From positions 4,672,001-4,736,000 of the forward strand of contig OY769902.1 of assembly GCA_963669175.1 (NCBI GenBank): 64,000 nucleotides of DNA, in the 5' to 3' direction. The notes below the pieces were generated by a model. That model did no database searches and was not told the DNA's origin. It was given only the letters and a program-made list of their open reading frames with translations. Below are positions 1 to 10,600 of the stretch, in pieces. The position numbers were made by a program, and so were the translations under genes. Each line of letters opens with the position of its first letter. Position 1 is the first letter of the stretch. This DNA is from a bacterium. GTDB lineage: Bacteria; Electryoneota; Electryoneia; Electryoneales; Electryoneaceae.

Positions 1-75
1 GCCCGGACACGACATTTCCCGTATCGTGTAGGTTCGACGGTTTTTATTCACGTACAACCCAACTGAACTGGACGC

Positions 76-1125
76 ATGATCCGAAAACACTCTTTCATCC
101 TCATCATCCTGATCCTGGTTGTGAGCAGCAGTTTTGCGGCGGATAACGATCGTCTACTTCCCGGCCTCTACGAATCGAATCGTCCGGTTTTATACGTCTC
201 CCCCATGTTCAATGGTTCTGTCTGGAATCCTCGTGGATTGCAACCGTATGATTTAAGCGCATATCCTCGCTCATACCTTGGTGTGGAACTGAGTCTGCAT
301 CATCCGTTGCGTGTTTTTCACCACAAGATGGATTACCTGCAGATTCCCAGCCTGTCCGTGGAAAGCAATTTCAGTGCGCATGAGTCAGACGGTACGATGC
401 CGGTTCTGGAAGCGCGTCACAGCAGCCTCCCGGCAATCCGGACCGGTATCTGGGTGACCGCGCTGGATTTCCTCAGTTTCAGGTGGCAGGGGGAACAATA
501 TAACGTAGAATTGTCGAATCCTACGGAGTTTTTCTACGCCCCCAGCGACGGCAGCAGCAGTGAAGAGGTTGACAGCTACCTGGCACGGGCGGAATGCACC
601 TATCGCGACATCGAGATCGGCCTGTTTGGCACACCGGATGGCGAGGACTGGGATACGGTCATCGAGGGCGGTTATTTCAACATGAGGTGGGAACGTCCGG
701 TGGTGATCCCGATCGGTGGAACAAATTCCGACCCCACGCTTTACCTGCCGGAACATGAAGTTCGTGGCTTTTACCTGTCGTTAAGCGCCGATCCGATAGA
801 AAACCAGTGGCCTGTACATACCAAGCTGGCCGCACGTCTGGGCCGATCCAGCATACGTACATCATCCTACAGTGATAATTACAAGTTCCTGGACAAAGAG
901 GCTATCGAGACCTCTTACTTGCAATTTGATTTAAAACTGACGTTCGAACGTCCGGTCACGCCCTGGCTGGAACTTGGCGGGGCCGCTTCCGCGCAATACA
1001 GGCTGATGTCCTATACCTATGAATCTGACCAGGATTTCGGCATCAATGAGTCGGAAACACGATTCGGTATTACTATCTTCAGCCGGTTTGAACTATCCTT
1101 GCCAGGCACGGGAATTTTTGATTAA
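76..1125 (+). CDS. Hypothetical secreted protein, putative outer-membrane beta-barrel; paralog of 1527..2609
   Basis: 349-aa ORF with signal peptide (MIRKHSFILIILILVVSSSFA), alternating aromatic/hydrophobic strands, and shared blocks with the next ORF (HHPL, QIPS, SFRW, CTxRDIExGLxGxPDG, DPTL). Confidence 0.75.
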   Translation: MIRKHSFILIILILVVSSSFAADNDRLLPGLYESNRPVLYVSPMFNGSVWNPRGLQPYDLSAYPRSYLGVELSLHHPLRVFHHKMDYLQIPSLSVESNFSAHESDGTMPVLEARHSSLPAIRTGIWVTALDFLSFRWQGEQYNVELSNPTEFFYAPSDGSSSEEVDSYLARAECTYRDIEIGLFGTPDGEDWDTVIEGGYFNMRWERPVVIPIGGTNSDPTLYLPEHEVRGFYLSLSADPIENQWPVHTKLAARLGRSSIRTSSYSDNYKFLDKEAIETSYLQFDLKLTFERPVTPWLELGGAASAQYRLMSYTYESDQDFGINESETRFGITIFSRFELSLPGTGIFD

Positions 1126-1214
1126 GCGATTAATTTTCTTAAAACAATTCAAGATATTAATAAACCAAAGAAAGTCCTGGGCGTCTATAATGAGAATGTT
1201 TTATTGGAATTTGT

Positions 1215-1361
1215 GTGGCCCGGTGTGCTTGCACCCGGGCGGTTGTGCGCTTCAAATAACTGAGTGATAGCCAGTACTGAGAATTTTTGCGACAATTGAA
1301 TTCATCGTTTTTCTTTTCAGAAAGTATTTAATAATGCCCGGGTGCAAGCACACCGGGCCAC
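1215..1361. repeat. REPIN-like inverted doublet of a 26-bp GTGG-headed palindrome
   Basis: gtggcccggtgtgcttgcacccgggc (1215-1240) and its exact reverse complement (1336-1361) flank a 95-bp AT-rich spacer; each arm folds into its own hairpin. Confidence 0.85.
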
Positions 1362-1526
1362 GCAATTTGTAAAACGCGATTTTCATAGAAAAGCAGTACC
1401 AAGAATAGTGACCCACATAATAGCGCTCAAGGAACATCGTGTTTACATACAACAGAATCGCTTGTAGCAATTTCTCCAATTTCATTGTATTTTAGAACTG
1501 GTGGGCATAACGGACGGGGCGCCGCG

Positions 1527-2609
1527 ATGGATTACTCTACCTCATCTTCACGGAACCGCAGTCTTGGCATCTTCCTCATTTTATCTCTTTGCTTGATTCT
1601 CCTTTCACCCTCGATATCACTTGCGCTTGGCTATCAGAGCATCGACCACGAACTGGCCATGCTGAGCCGTCCTTCACTGATCCTGACAGCAGGTTACACC
1701 GGCGCGAAATGGTCCCTGCACAATCTCGCTCCCTATAATATGACTTCTTACGGACGCAACCAGGCGTTTATCGACCTTGGTATTCACCATCCCTTGATTA
1801 CTCTCAGTGACGCTTTTGATTTTATTCAGATTCCCAGCATATACATATCGACAAACTTCGGGTATCGTGACCGGACCAGCGAGTACATCGAATACATCCC
1901 CGCCATGATTAAGGAAGTCCCCTACCTGCGTTCAAGCGCATGGGTGGAATTTTTTGATTATACTTCATTTCGATGGCGCGAAGAATACTACAATGTGAAT
2001 GTGCAGAATCCCTCTGCGATGTTCCATCCGGTTGGATTCAACAATAATGACTTCTATTCCGATATGGTCAGCAGTGTGGATATGGGATGTACCTTACGTG
2101 ATATAGAATTCGGGCTGATAGGATCACCGGATGGTGACGATCACCCGACCATGCTTGAAGTGGGCTATTTTTACAACTACTGGCAGCGTCCGCTTGCAGT
2201 CCCTGACGGCGGCTTTTTTGTAGATCCCACCTTGTTCCATCCTGAGTTCCGCATGCAGGGAGTCTACCTGTTCTTCAATACGGATCTTACCAATGGCGAG
2301 ATGCCGGTCTTTATTCAACTGGGGGGAAAGCTGGGATCAGGGAGCGTTCGAACAGCATCCCACCACGGGCATCACCGTTTCCTTTCCGGCGATGAAATGG
2401 AAACGAAGATGTTCGGACTGGATGCCCGCATCTCCATGGAGAGAAAGTTTCCGCAATTCGGTGAGAAGTTTCTGCTTGGATTAGCATTCCAGGCACAGAT
2501 CAGAATTCTTGACATGGCCTATGAATATGACAGAAATACGACAATCAGTCTGCGAGGTTCTGATTCACGACTTCGGCTACAATTGTTCTCGCGATACATT
2601 GTATTCTGA
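1527..2609 (+). CDS. Hypothetical secreted protein, putative outer-membrane beta-barrel; paralog of 76..1125
   Basis: ATG at 1527 precedes a signal peptide (SLGIFLILSLCLILLSPSISLA); C-terminus FSRYIVF resembles a beta-signal; collinear with the upstream ORF. Confidence 0.75.
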   Translation: MDYSTSSSRNRSLGIFLILSLCLILLSPSISLALGYQSIDHELAMLSRPSLILTAGYTGAKWSLHNLAPYNMTSYGRNQAFIDLGIHHPLITLSDAFDFIQIPSIYISTNFGYRDRTSEYIEYIPAMIKEVPYLRSSAWVEFFDYTSFRWREEYYNVNVQNPSAMFHPVGFNNNDFYSDMVSSVDMGCTLRDIEFGLIGSPDGDDHPTMLEVGYFYNYWQRPLAVPDGGFFVDPTLFHPEFRMQGVYLFFNTDLTNGEMPVFIQLGGKLGSGSVRTASHHGHHRFLSGDEMETKMFGLDARISMERKFPQFGEKFLLGLAFQAQIRILDMAYEYDRNTTISLRGSDSRLRLQLFSRYIVF

Positions 2610-2713
2610 TTCTCCCCGGAACATCGCATCCCTGTCAAGACAGGTCTGGCAACTAGCCCGAATATTGCACCAATGCAATTTCAAATGTGGTATTTGATGG
2701 AACGGCCAGTACA

Positions 2714-2962
2714 AGAACCACGGCAGTGGTTCTCTGTATTAGCCCACCGTCCAGCGCCGTCTGTTTGGCGCTCACGGTGGGAATAGGATGTACGCTACTT
2801 GCCAACCCCGGCAGCGGGTTGCCTGAATATTACCACTGTATACTTTTGATATTTATCAGGTTACACCTATCGGAGTAAATAGAGGGTGCGCATTATCTCC
2901 TCGGGTAGCCGCCAAACTGACGGCGGCAGCCCTGGGCTAATACAGGTTGCCCCTGCCGGGGC
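2714..2962. repeat. Inverted pair of diverged multi-hairpin REP-like elements between convergent genes
   Basis: Unit 2714-2781 and the reverse complement of about 2901-2962 share cggcag-x-gg, ctgtattagccca and cgccgtc(a/t)gtttggcg; stems differ but still pair; third hairpin at 2803-2821. Confidence 0.7.
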
Positions 2963-3127
2963 GGTTGCTGATACTCAGCCTCATCTTGCCAGCGAAACAG
3001 GTAATTGACACGCAAAGGGATACCGGAGCAAATTGTACCCTGAAAAATGCTGTATGAATCAGTTGTATTGTGCTGATATAAACTGTGTTAAGATGAATAT
3101 CCATGTTTCGTTCATGAAATATTCGGG

Positions 3128-5971
3128 CTAGTCGGATGTGCTTTCGTTCTCTTCAAAGCTGTCGTCCAACAGCAGTTTTACCTTTTTCAGCAATCCGTTC
3201 ACGGAAAACGGCTTCTGTATAAAATTTCTTTCCCTGTCGATAATACCATGATTGGCAATGATATCATTGGTGTAGCCGGACATATAAAGCACTTTCAGAT
3301 TCGGAAGCCCTTCCACGAGAGTATTGTAAAGTTCACGTCCATTCATCCCCGGCATAACAATGTCAGTAAGGAGCAAATCGAGTTCGATATTCTGGTCCAT
3401 AACCAGCGCTATCGCTTCCTCTGCATTCCTGGCGACATGAACATTGAACTGACGGGATTGCAAAATAGTTACAGCAACCTTGCGAACCAGCTCTTGATCT
3501 TCAACCACAAGAATGCTTTCTGCACCGGTATAATCCTGCATTTCAAGATTATTTTTGTTTTTATCAATTATTGCATTCCTTACCAGTGGCAAATAGATAT
3601 CAAATGTGGTTCCTTCGCCAAGTATGCTGGACACATTGATAAAACCACTATGTTGTTTCACAATCCCGTACGTTGTGGATAACCCCAGGCCGGTCCCCTG
3701 TCCTTCAGGTTTGGTCGTAAAAAAGGGATCAAATATCTTGTTCATCGTTTCCGGCGCCATTCCTTCTCCAGTATCCTGGATGCTGATATGGACATAGAGC
3801 CCCGGTTCAACGTCAGAATGAGTTTTCAGAAATTCCTCATCCAACGATACAGACTGTGTTGATAGAGTAATATGACCTCCATCCCGCATGGCGTCCTGTG
3901 CATTAACATAAAGATTCATAAGGATTTGTTCGATTTGTGAGATATCGACTTTCACCAAACCGTCCAGTTCAGCATAGGCCATCTCAAACTTGATATCTTC
4001 ACGAATCGTTCGCCGGAGAATTCTTCTGAAATTTGCAATGATCTCATTAATGTCAACCATTTTAATATCAAGAATTTGTTTTCTACTGAAAGCAAGGAGT
4101 TGACGAATCAGATCACTGGAACGTGCGGCTGCGTCATTAATGGCAAGCATCTCTTCATGATAAGGATCTGTTGGTTTCATTCTGAGCAGAGCAATCTCTG
4201 AATTGCCTAGAATCGGAGTAAGAAGATTGTTAAAATCATGTGCTATACCACCGGCAAGATGTCCAATGGCTTCCATCTTCTGTGATTGACGCAACTGTTC
4301 CTCTAGATTTTGACGTTCTTTATCTGCTCTTCTTCTTTCAGAGATATCTCGCAGTACAGCCATAGCGGCTTCTTCACCTTCAGAAGGCATTACAGTCACA
4401 GAGACATCAAATGGTATTATTTCTCCATCCTTTCTAAAATAATCCCACTCAAAACGATTCGTTTCCTGACTGAATGTATACTGATGTATTTCCATTTCTT
4501 TTTCAGAAGATAATATCCCATCCACCTGGTATTCTGGAGATAATTCTGATGGTGACAAGTTTACGATTTCGCTCAGATCATTATAACCTAATATTTTCAA
4601 GGTTGCAGGGTTGCAATCTACAATTCTACCCTTTTTCAACATTATAATCGGATCATACGAATTCTTGATAAAGGTTCGATATTTCTCTTCACTTTCCTCC
4701 AATGCTTTCTCTGCCTCTTTGCGCGCAGTAATATCTTGCACAGTGCCTTTCATCTTTGTCAGTGTACCTTCTTCGTCATAGAACCCTTGAAAGGTTGACA
4801 TATAGTAGCCGATGGACCCATCTGGACGTAAAAACTTCTGTTCATAAACACCTTGTTCACGAGTTTCAAGAGCTCTTTCCATTATTTCCATGTGCCGATT
4901 ATTCTCTTCTGGCCATGGCGACAAGTCCATGATGGAGTTGATCTGCGGAGTAAACTCATTGGGGTCTTGCTCAAAAATACGGAACACCTCTTCTGACCAT
5001 TCAACAGCGCCAGTTTTGATATCCCAGGTCCAGTAGCCCAGCTTTGCCATACGTTGTGTTTCGCGTAATTTGTTTTCGCTTTCTCGTAGAGCCTGCTGCG
5101 CCTGTTTTATTTCAGTGATGTCACGAGCAGAGGTAATCACCGAAATAACTTCCCCATCTTGCGAGAATTCTGGTATCAGTAGCCAATCCATCCACATTCC
5201 ATCCGGAAGACAGAATTCTACACGCTGTGATTTCCCAGATTCGAAAACTTTGTTGATGGCCGAATCCCACAGCTTAACAAGGTCTTTGGGAAAACCAATT
5301 TCTTCATGGGTTTTTCCGATAAACCCTTCAGGCTTTATCCCTACAAGCTTCTCCACAACAGGATTGACATACAAGTGCCGATGATTTTTATCGAAACGCA
5401 TAATCGCATCTTGCGAATGTTCAATCAGCGTTTTGAACTCAACATCACATCCACTGACTGCCTGTTTCAAGAGCAAATCAAGAAGCTTTCCATACTCTTC
5501 AACTGTCTTCAAATGCAGATCAGTAAACGCATTCGCTTTGCGATCCTGAAAACAGAGTACTCCGAAGATTTTTCCATCCGGCCAAAGCATAGGATGACCG
5601 AGAAAGGATCGCATGGCAGGTTGAGAATCATTTCCGGTTTGATTATTGACAATTACCTGCATATCAGGAATATATCGTAATTTATTATCATTTATCACTT
5701 TACCGCAGAAGCAACTGGTATATTCATCCAGGGGCGCTTCACTGTTGATTGGATTCTCTTCCGAATGATTTGTGACAAGAGTTTCTAACGCTGGCGATTG
5801 GATTCTGACAACTGTACATGAGTCTAAATGGAGGGTTGTTGCAATCAAATTCACCATTGACTGCCAAATCGGTGTGAGCCCGGGGGGGAATGTCACTTGA
5901 GTCTTATAGTGAGCATGAGTCGCGGAAGTCTGTGGGACTGATGAGTAGCTGCCACATCTATCATCGTCCAT
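3128..5971 (-). CDS. Hybrid sensor histidine kinase/response regulator (GAF, 3 PAS, HisKA, HATPase, REC; CckA-like)
   Basis: H-box LAGGIAHDFNNLL, NAQDAM, DTGEGM, FDPFFTTK..GTGLGL, REC LLTDIVMPGMNG..KPF; start placed at the ATG after an AAGGAG RBS. Confidence 0.93.
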   Translation of the reverse strand: MDDDRCGSYSSVPQTSATHAHYKTQVTFPPGLTPIWQSMVNLIATTLHLDSCTVVRIQSPALETLVTNHSEENPINSEAPLDEYTSCFCGKVINDNKLRYIPDMQVIVNNQTGNDSQPAMRSFLGHPMLWPDGKIFGVLCFQDRKANAFTDLHLKTVEEYGKLLDLLLKQAVSGCDVEFKTLIEHSQDAIMRFDKNHRHLYVNPVVEKLVGIKPEGFIGKTHEEIGFPKDLVKLWDSAINKVFESGKSQRVEFCLPDGMWMDWLLIPEFSQDGEVISVITSARDITEIKQAQQALRESENKLRETQRMAKLGYWTWDIKTGAVEWSEEVFRIFEQDPNEFTPQINSIMDLSPWPEENNRHMEIMERALETREQGVYEQKFLRPDGSIGYYMSTFQGFYDEEGTLTKMKGTVQDITARKEAEKALEESEEKYRTFIKNSYDPIIMLKKGRIVDCNPATLKILGYNDLSEIVNLSPSELSPEYQVDGILSSEKEMEIHQYTFSQETNRFEWDYFRKDGEIIPFDVSVTVMPSEGEEAAMAVLRDISERRRADKERQNLEEQLRQSQKMEAIGHLAGGIAHDFNNLLTPILGNSEIALLRMKPTDPYHEEMLAINDAAARSSDLIRQLLAFSRKQILDIKMVDINEIIANFRRILRRTIREDIKFEMAYAELDGLVKVDISQIEQILMNLYVNAQDAMRDGGHITLSTQSVSLDEEFLKTHSDVEPGLYVHISIQDTGEGMAPETMNKIFDPFFTTKPEGQGTGLGLSTTYGIVKQHSGFINVSSILGEGTTFDIYLPLVRNAIIDKNKNNLEMQDYTGAESILVVEDQELVRKVAVTILQSRQFNVHVARNAEEAIALVMDQNIELDLLLTDIVMPGMNGRELYNTLVEGLPNLKVLYMSGYTNDIIANHGIIDRERNFIQKPFSVNGLLKKVKLLLDDSFEENESTSD

Positions 5972-6386
5972 CCATATCTCCTTTCTTTTTTCCTCCCGGG
6001 AAACAGAAAGCGATTCCAATATAAGAAGGGACTAACATATGTACTTTCCAATCGTACAAGTCTTATCCGTATTCACAAATAATATACGAATTCGAAAAAA
6101 ATATCTGGCAGGACGAAGGGATTAAAATTCCTGAAGTGAGTCACATTCATCGTTCATTGCACAAGAAAATTGCCCCTGACGCCTGTAATGCCTCTCCTCC
6201 TCTCTTCCGTTATTACGCACTCTACTTCCTTTTCGAGTTTGAACTGGAGGTTTGTTAGCAAATTGTCAATGAGAATGGCTAAACCTGCCTTCTTCCCTTG
6301 TCAGACGGACACTTGCGAGTTAGATTAGCGGCACGGTTCGGATTTTCCTGTGACAGGCGAAAAACAAAACATCTCGGGACAGGGCA

Positions 6387-7451
6387 ATGACCGCCAATGG
6401 CATGAAAAACGGGTTCAGGCTGACTGGCTTTTCCCGTTGTGTCGGCTGAGCTTCCAAGTTGGATCCGGCGGTGCTGGATCGAATTTTAAAGGATCTGCCT
6501 AAATCGAATGATCCCAACCTGTTGGTTGGCACAATTCGCCCGGACGATGCCGGTGTGTACCGTCTGCAGGATAACCTTGCCCTCGTGCAGACACTGGATT
6601 TCTTCACGCCAATCGTGGACAATCCGTACGATTATGGACGAATCTCGGCGGCAAACAGCTTGTCGGATGTGTATGCCATGGGCGGACGTCCGATCACAGC
6701 CATGAACATCGTCTCCTATCCACATGGCGACCTGCCGGATGAGGTACTGGCAGATATTCTTCGTGGTGGATTTGACGCGTGTGAAGAAGCAAAAGTGGCC
6801 GTTTGTGGCGGGCATTCTGTTACGGATAAAGAACTGAAGTTTGGCCTGTCCGTGACTGGACTGGTAGATCCCGGGCAGATGTTGATCAAAGGCGGGGCGA
6901 AACCGGGCGACCTCCTGGTATTAACCAAGCCATTGGGATCAGGCCTGATTGCCAACGCGATGATGAATGATGCCGACGTGGATGAGGCTGTTAAAGCAGC
7001 CACAGCGATTATGGTACGTTTGAACCGTGCTGCCGCTGAAGCGGCGGTAAAGGTTGGCGCTCGTGCCGCAACAGATGTTACCGGGTTCGGTTTGTTGGGA
7101 CATGCACGGGAGATGGCGGAAGCGGCAGATGTAACTTTCCATTTCCAGGCATCGAAACTACCCGTCATTGAAGGCGCCATGTGGGTAGCAGAATCCGGGT
7201 CATACTACTCCGGTGGCGAACGTCGGAACCGGGATTTTGTCGACCCGACCCTTTCCATGGCGGAGGATATCCCGGAATCCTATCAGCGTATTATGGCGGA
7301 CCCGCAAACATCTGGGGGACTGTTGTTAGCTATCAATCCCGAATCTTTTGAAGTATTTCAAGACGAAATAAACAAAAAAGGCGAAGAATGCTGGTTGATT
7401 GGAACTGTAGAAAGTCGTTCTCCTGTCAGAGTTCGTGTTTCAAACGTGTGA
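6387..7451 (+). CDS. selD: Selenide, water dikinase SelD, selenocysteine-containing (UGA at 6447-6449)
   Basis: DDAGVY, VQTLDFFTPIVD, ANSLSDVYAMGG, GGHS, TDVTGFGLLGH, DPQTSGGLL; upstream in-frame ATG..RLTGFSRCVG-UGA-ASKL supplies the catalytic CxxU-xx-K motif (ATG at 6387 or 6402). Confidence 0.93.
6459..6483 (+). promoter_or_regulatory. Bacterial SECIS-like hairpin in selD
   Basis: gatccggc-ggt-gctggatc stem-loop with a G-containing apical loop, starting about 12 nt after the in-frame UGA. Confidence 0.65.
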
Positions 7452-7480
7452 TGCAGCTAATAGTATTCTTGACAGACTGT

Positions 7481-7508
7481 TTGTAACCTCTTTCGAGTGT
7501 AGTATAAC
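7481..7508 (+). promoter_or_regulatory. Putative sigma70 promoter for the large surface protein gene
   Basis: TTGTAA-N16-TATAAC just upstream of a structured leader. Confidence 0.35.
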
Positions 7509-7517
7509 CCTGTGGGA

Positions 7518-7630
7518 GGGGTTGCAAGCTTGTCGGGGATTGGCGCAGATACAGATCCCCGGTAGTGAACCTGGTTAGCGATCGTGTGAACGTGCCGGTA
7601 TCGCCGCGGCTGGCATACTCCTGCAACCTT
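7518..7630 (+). promoter_or_regulatory. Putative structured 5' leader RNA
   Basis: Closing stem 7518-7526/7622-7630, inner stems 7531-7540/7555-7564 and 7592-7599/7609-7616; RBS AGGGGG follows immediately. Confidence 0.45.
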
Positions 7631-7640
7631 AGGGGGGTCT

Positions 7641-10600
7641 ATGTTACGGTTTTCCCATACCGTTCAGACCTGTATGATCATTTGTTTAGCTGTAGTGCTC
7701 CTCCCCGTTGTTTCCACGTTTTTACATCGATCTGATTCCTGTACGCTGTGGGCGCAACCTCCGGTCATGGATGTAGCGGAGCTGGATGAGACCCCGGTTT
7801 ATCATTACCCGGACCAGCCGGTCCCCGAAGTCATCAAGACCGGTGATAGTCAGGGAAATGAGAGGTGGACGCCGGACCAGAAGTATCGAATTAACGGTGA
7901 GTATGAGGTCTTCGATGGCGATTCCCTTGTGATTGAAGCTGGGACCTGGGTTGGTCTAAACACCGACGCCACCCTGAGAATCGGTGGCGCGTTGATTGTC
8001 AACGGCACCCCGGAAAACCCGGTCTATTTCACACGCGCCAATCCGGATTCTGCGTTTGCACGTATTCTGATCATGTCCTCTTGCACCGCACAATACACCG
8101 AAAAATGCGAGTATTGTAAAGGTTGCATTATACAAAATGCCATCATCGAAGGTGGCGGCGCTTATGGCGGTTTCTTCTCTGAAGGCCAGGTTCTTGTCAG
8201 TGAAGGCTCGCCATACCTGAAGAACCTGACCATCCGTTGGGGCGACGCCAGGAGCGGTGGTGGTATTGCGTTTGTGAGTCAGTCAGAAGCCAAGATGGAA
8301 GGTTGTCTGATTCATCACAACCATTCAAGCGGTAATGGTGGTGGTATCTATGTTGATCATAACACTCATCCCAAACTTGTTGATAATGTGATCATTTTCA
8401 ACAGCGCCGACACGGATGGTGGCGGTGTGTATATGGCCCACTCAAATGGTGTATTGTACAGGAACGTCATTCAATCCAATACAACAAAACGTGATGGTGG
8501 CGGTGTAACCATCACCGGTTCATCACCAAAGTTACGCTTAAACCTGATTCGTTATAACAACGCGGAAGGTGAGGGCGACAACCTGGTTGTTCATGCCGGC
8601 TCATCTCCCTTGATTCACAACAATGCCATCATCGCAAAGGAAAACGAGACAACAGCAGCGACAAAAACCCATACAGGCACCAGCAACGATATAGTCGCTG
8701 AAAACAACTACTGGGGTATCACCGACATGGTTCATGTCCGTGCCCAGAAGCTTGATTTCGAGCGTCAACCTTCACGTCCCAAACTGCTCGTAGATCCCAT
8801 CCTTGAAGCCCCGGTAGACAGTACCGCTGGCCATGCCGCTCGCATTGACACGGTGATGCTGTACGAAGATCCCGAGTATCAACTGGAACTTCAAACAGAC
8901 TATATCGGCCATGAAACCCAGATTTACCTCCGTATCCCCGGCGAGGGCGAAAACCCGGAGATCCTGGATTGGGCCATTGTGGATATGATTGCCGCAAACC
9001 GCGACACTGTGCGCCTCCTGGTCCCGGAAACTGCGCCCAACAGCAATGAGTTCAGGATGATGATACGGACCTCGAACAGGCGTGACCCGGACCGTTTCAT
9101 CGTGAACGCGATTGTTGGCGACCAGATAACCCTGCTTCCGGCCAATTTCAAGGATAAGGCTTTTACAACCGAAGTTCGTTTCCAGCAGCCTTTCGTCCGT
9201 AACCTGGAGCTTGTAGAGGTAAAAGACCTGCAACACATGATTGATGACAGCGTGGTGGCGACATGGTCCTTTGAAGAGCCGCAACGTCGTCCCCAGATGC
9301 AATTAAAGATGACGCTTCTCGACACCATGGAAAATGAATTCTGGGCATCAGGTGAAGTAGATGAGATGGAATCCCGGTTCAAGTATCACGGTCCTCCTTT
9401 CACGCCAGGTGAGAATTTCATTCTTCGGATAGAAACCACCAATGGAAAGATCTGGTCGGAACCGGCGGACATTCTGTTCCACCGGAATGCAATTCCGGCT
9501 ATCCCAAGCCCGGCAACACCTACTGACAACCAGGTTTTATTGACAGACAGACCCATCTTGCAGGTACGTGGCGAGGTTGATCCTGAAGGGGATTCTTTAT
9601 ATTCAACATTCCTGATTATGCCCGAGAAAGACCCGGGACGCATTATTCGCAACAGCGGTGAAGCTTTCCAGGATACCTTCAGAACCGCAACAGTGCAACC
9701 TGTCGATTTACCGAATGCTACCATCCCGGCGAGAAGCGCTCATGTCAGGCCACCCCAGATTGACACCGGACGTTATCCCATGACCACCTCGTGGATGGTT
9801 GATCCTCCGCTGGATGACAACTCGGTGTATATCTGGTCCGCATTTTCGACGGATCATTGGGAAACCACGGATACGTCACAGGCAGTACGTTTCATTGTAA
9901 ACCGCTTTAATGATCGTCCCGGTGAATACACTATTCAGTGGCCGGACTGGAACGATGAGATTTTACCAACGGACCGGATCACCTGGAGCCTGCCCCCTGA
10001 CCCCGACCCGGAAGAGGCGCTTACCTATACCATCACCCTTGGTGGCGCTACTCTCCAGACGTCGGAAACCAGCGTTGTTGCTGGCGAGATGCAGGGGATC
10101 AATGGGATAGGTGACGATGTTGAAGTCCCGCTGACCATTATTGTTCATGATCTCGAAGGCGCCTCACGCGTTGCGGCGGACAGCGCTCGCATGGTCGTAT
10201 ACAATGCGGTCAACGATACTCCTACTGTCCCGGTCGGGTTCAACCTGGTTGAAGGCCAGCGTGTCAGACCCTATCCGGCCAACCTGTCATGGACAGAATC
10301 GACCGACGAGGACCAGAGCGACCCGTCATCATCGTTGGTATACGATGTCGAGATTACTCGTTTGTGGGGTGAGAAGGTAGCAATCCTTCGTACCGATCCG
10401 GGCGTGACCAACATGGACCTCACTCCGATCCAGGACAACTGGCTGGCCTACTGGCGCGTACGCGCGGTGGACAACACCGAAGCCCCCTCGAACTGGAGTC
10501 CGTCTGTCATGCTGGAAGTCAACGCGGTCAATGACACACCGTCTGTCCCCACCGGGTTCAACCTTGAAGATGGTCAGATTGTCCGTGAAGTGCCTGCATA

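Noticed and set aside
2990-3050. c-di-GMP-I riboswitch-like words (GCGAAA..ACGCAAAG)
   Set aside because: The P1/P2 stems do not form convincingly and the site lies between convergent gene ends, not in a leader.
6447-6449. selD as a nonsense pseudogene
   Set aside because: The TGA falls exactly at the catalytic Cys/Sec position and is followed by a SECIS-like hairpin; the rest of the gene is intact.
7452-7640. tRNA-Sec (selC) after selD
   Set aside because: No UCA anticodon arm or TTCGA T-loop on either strand.
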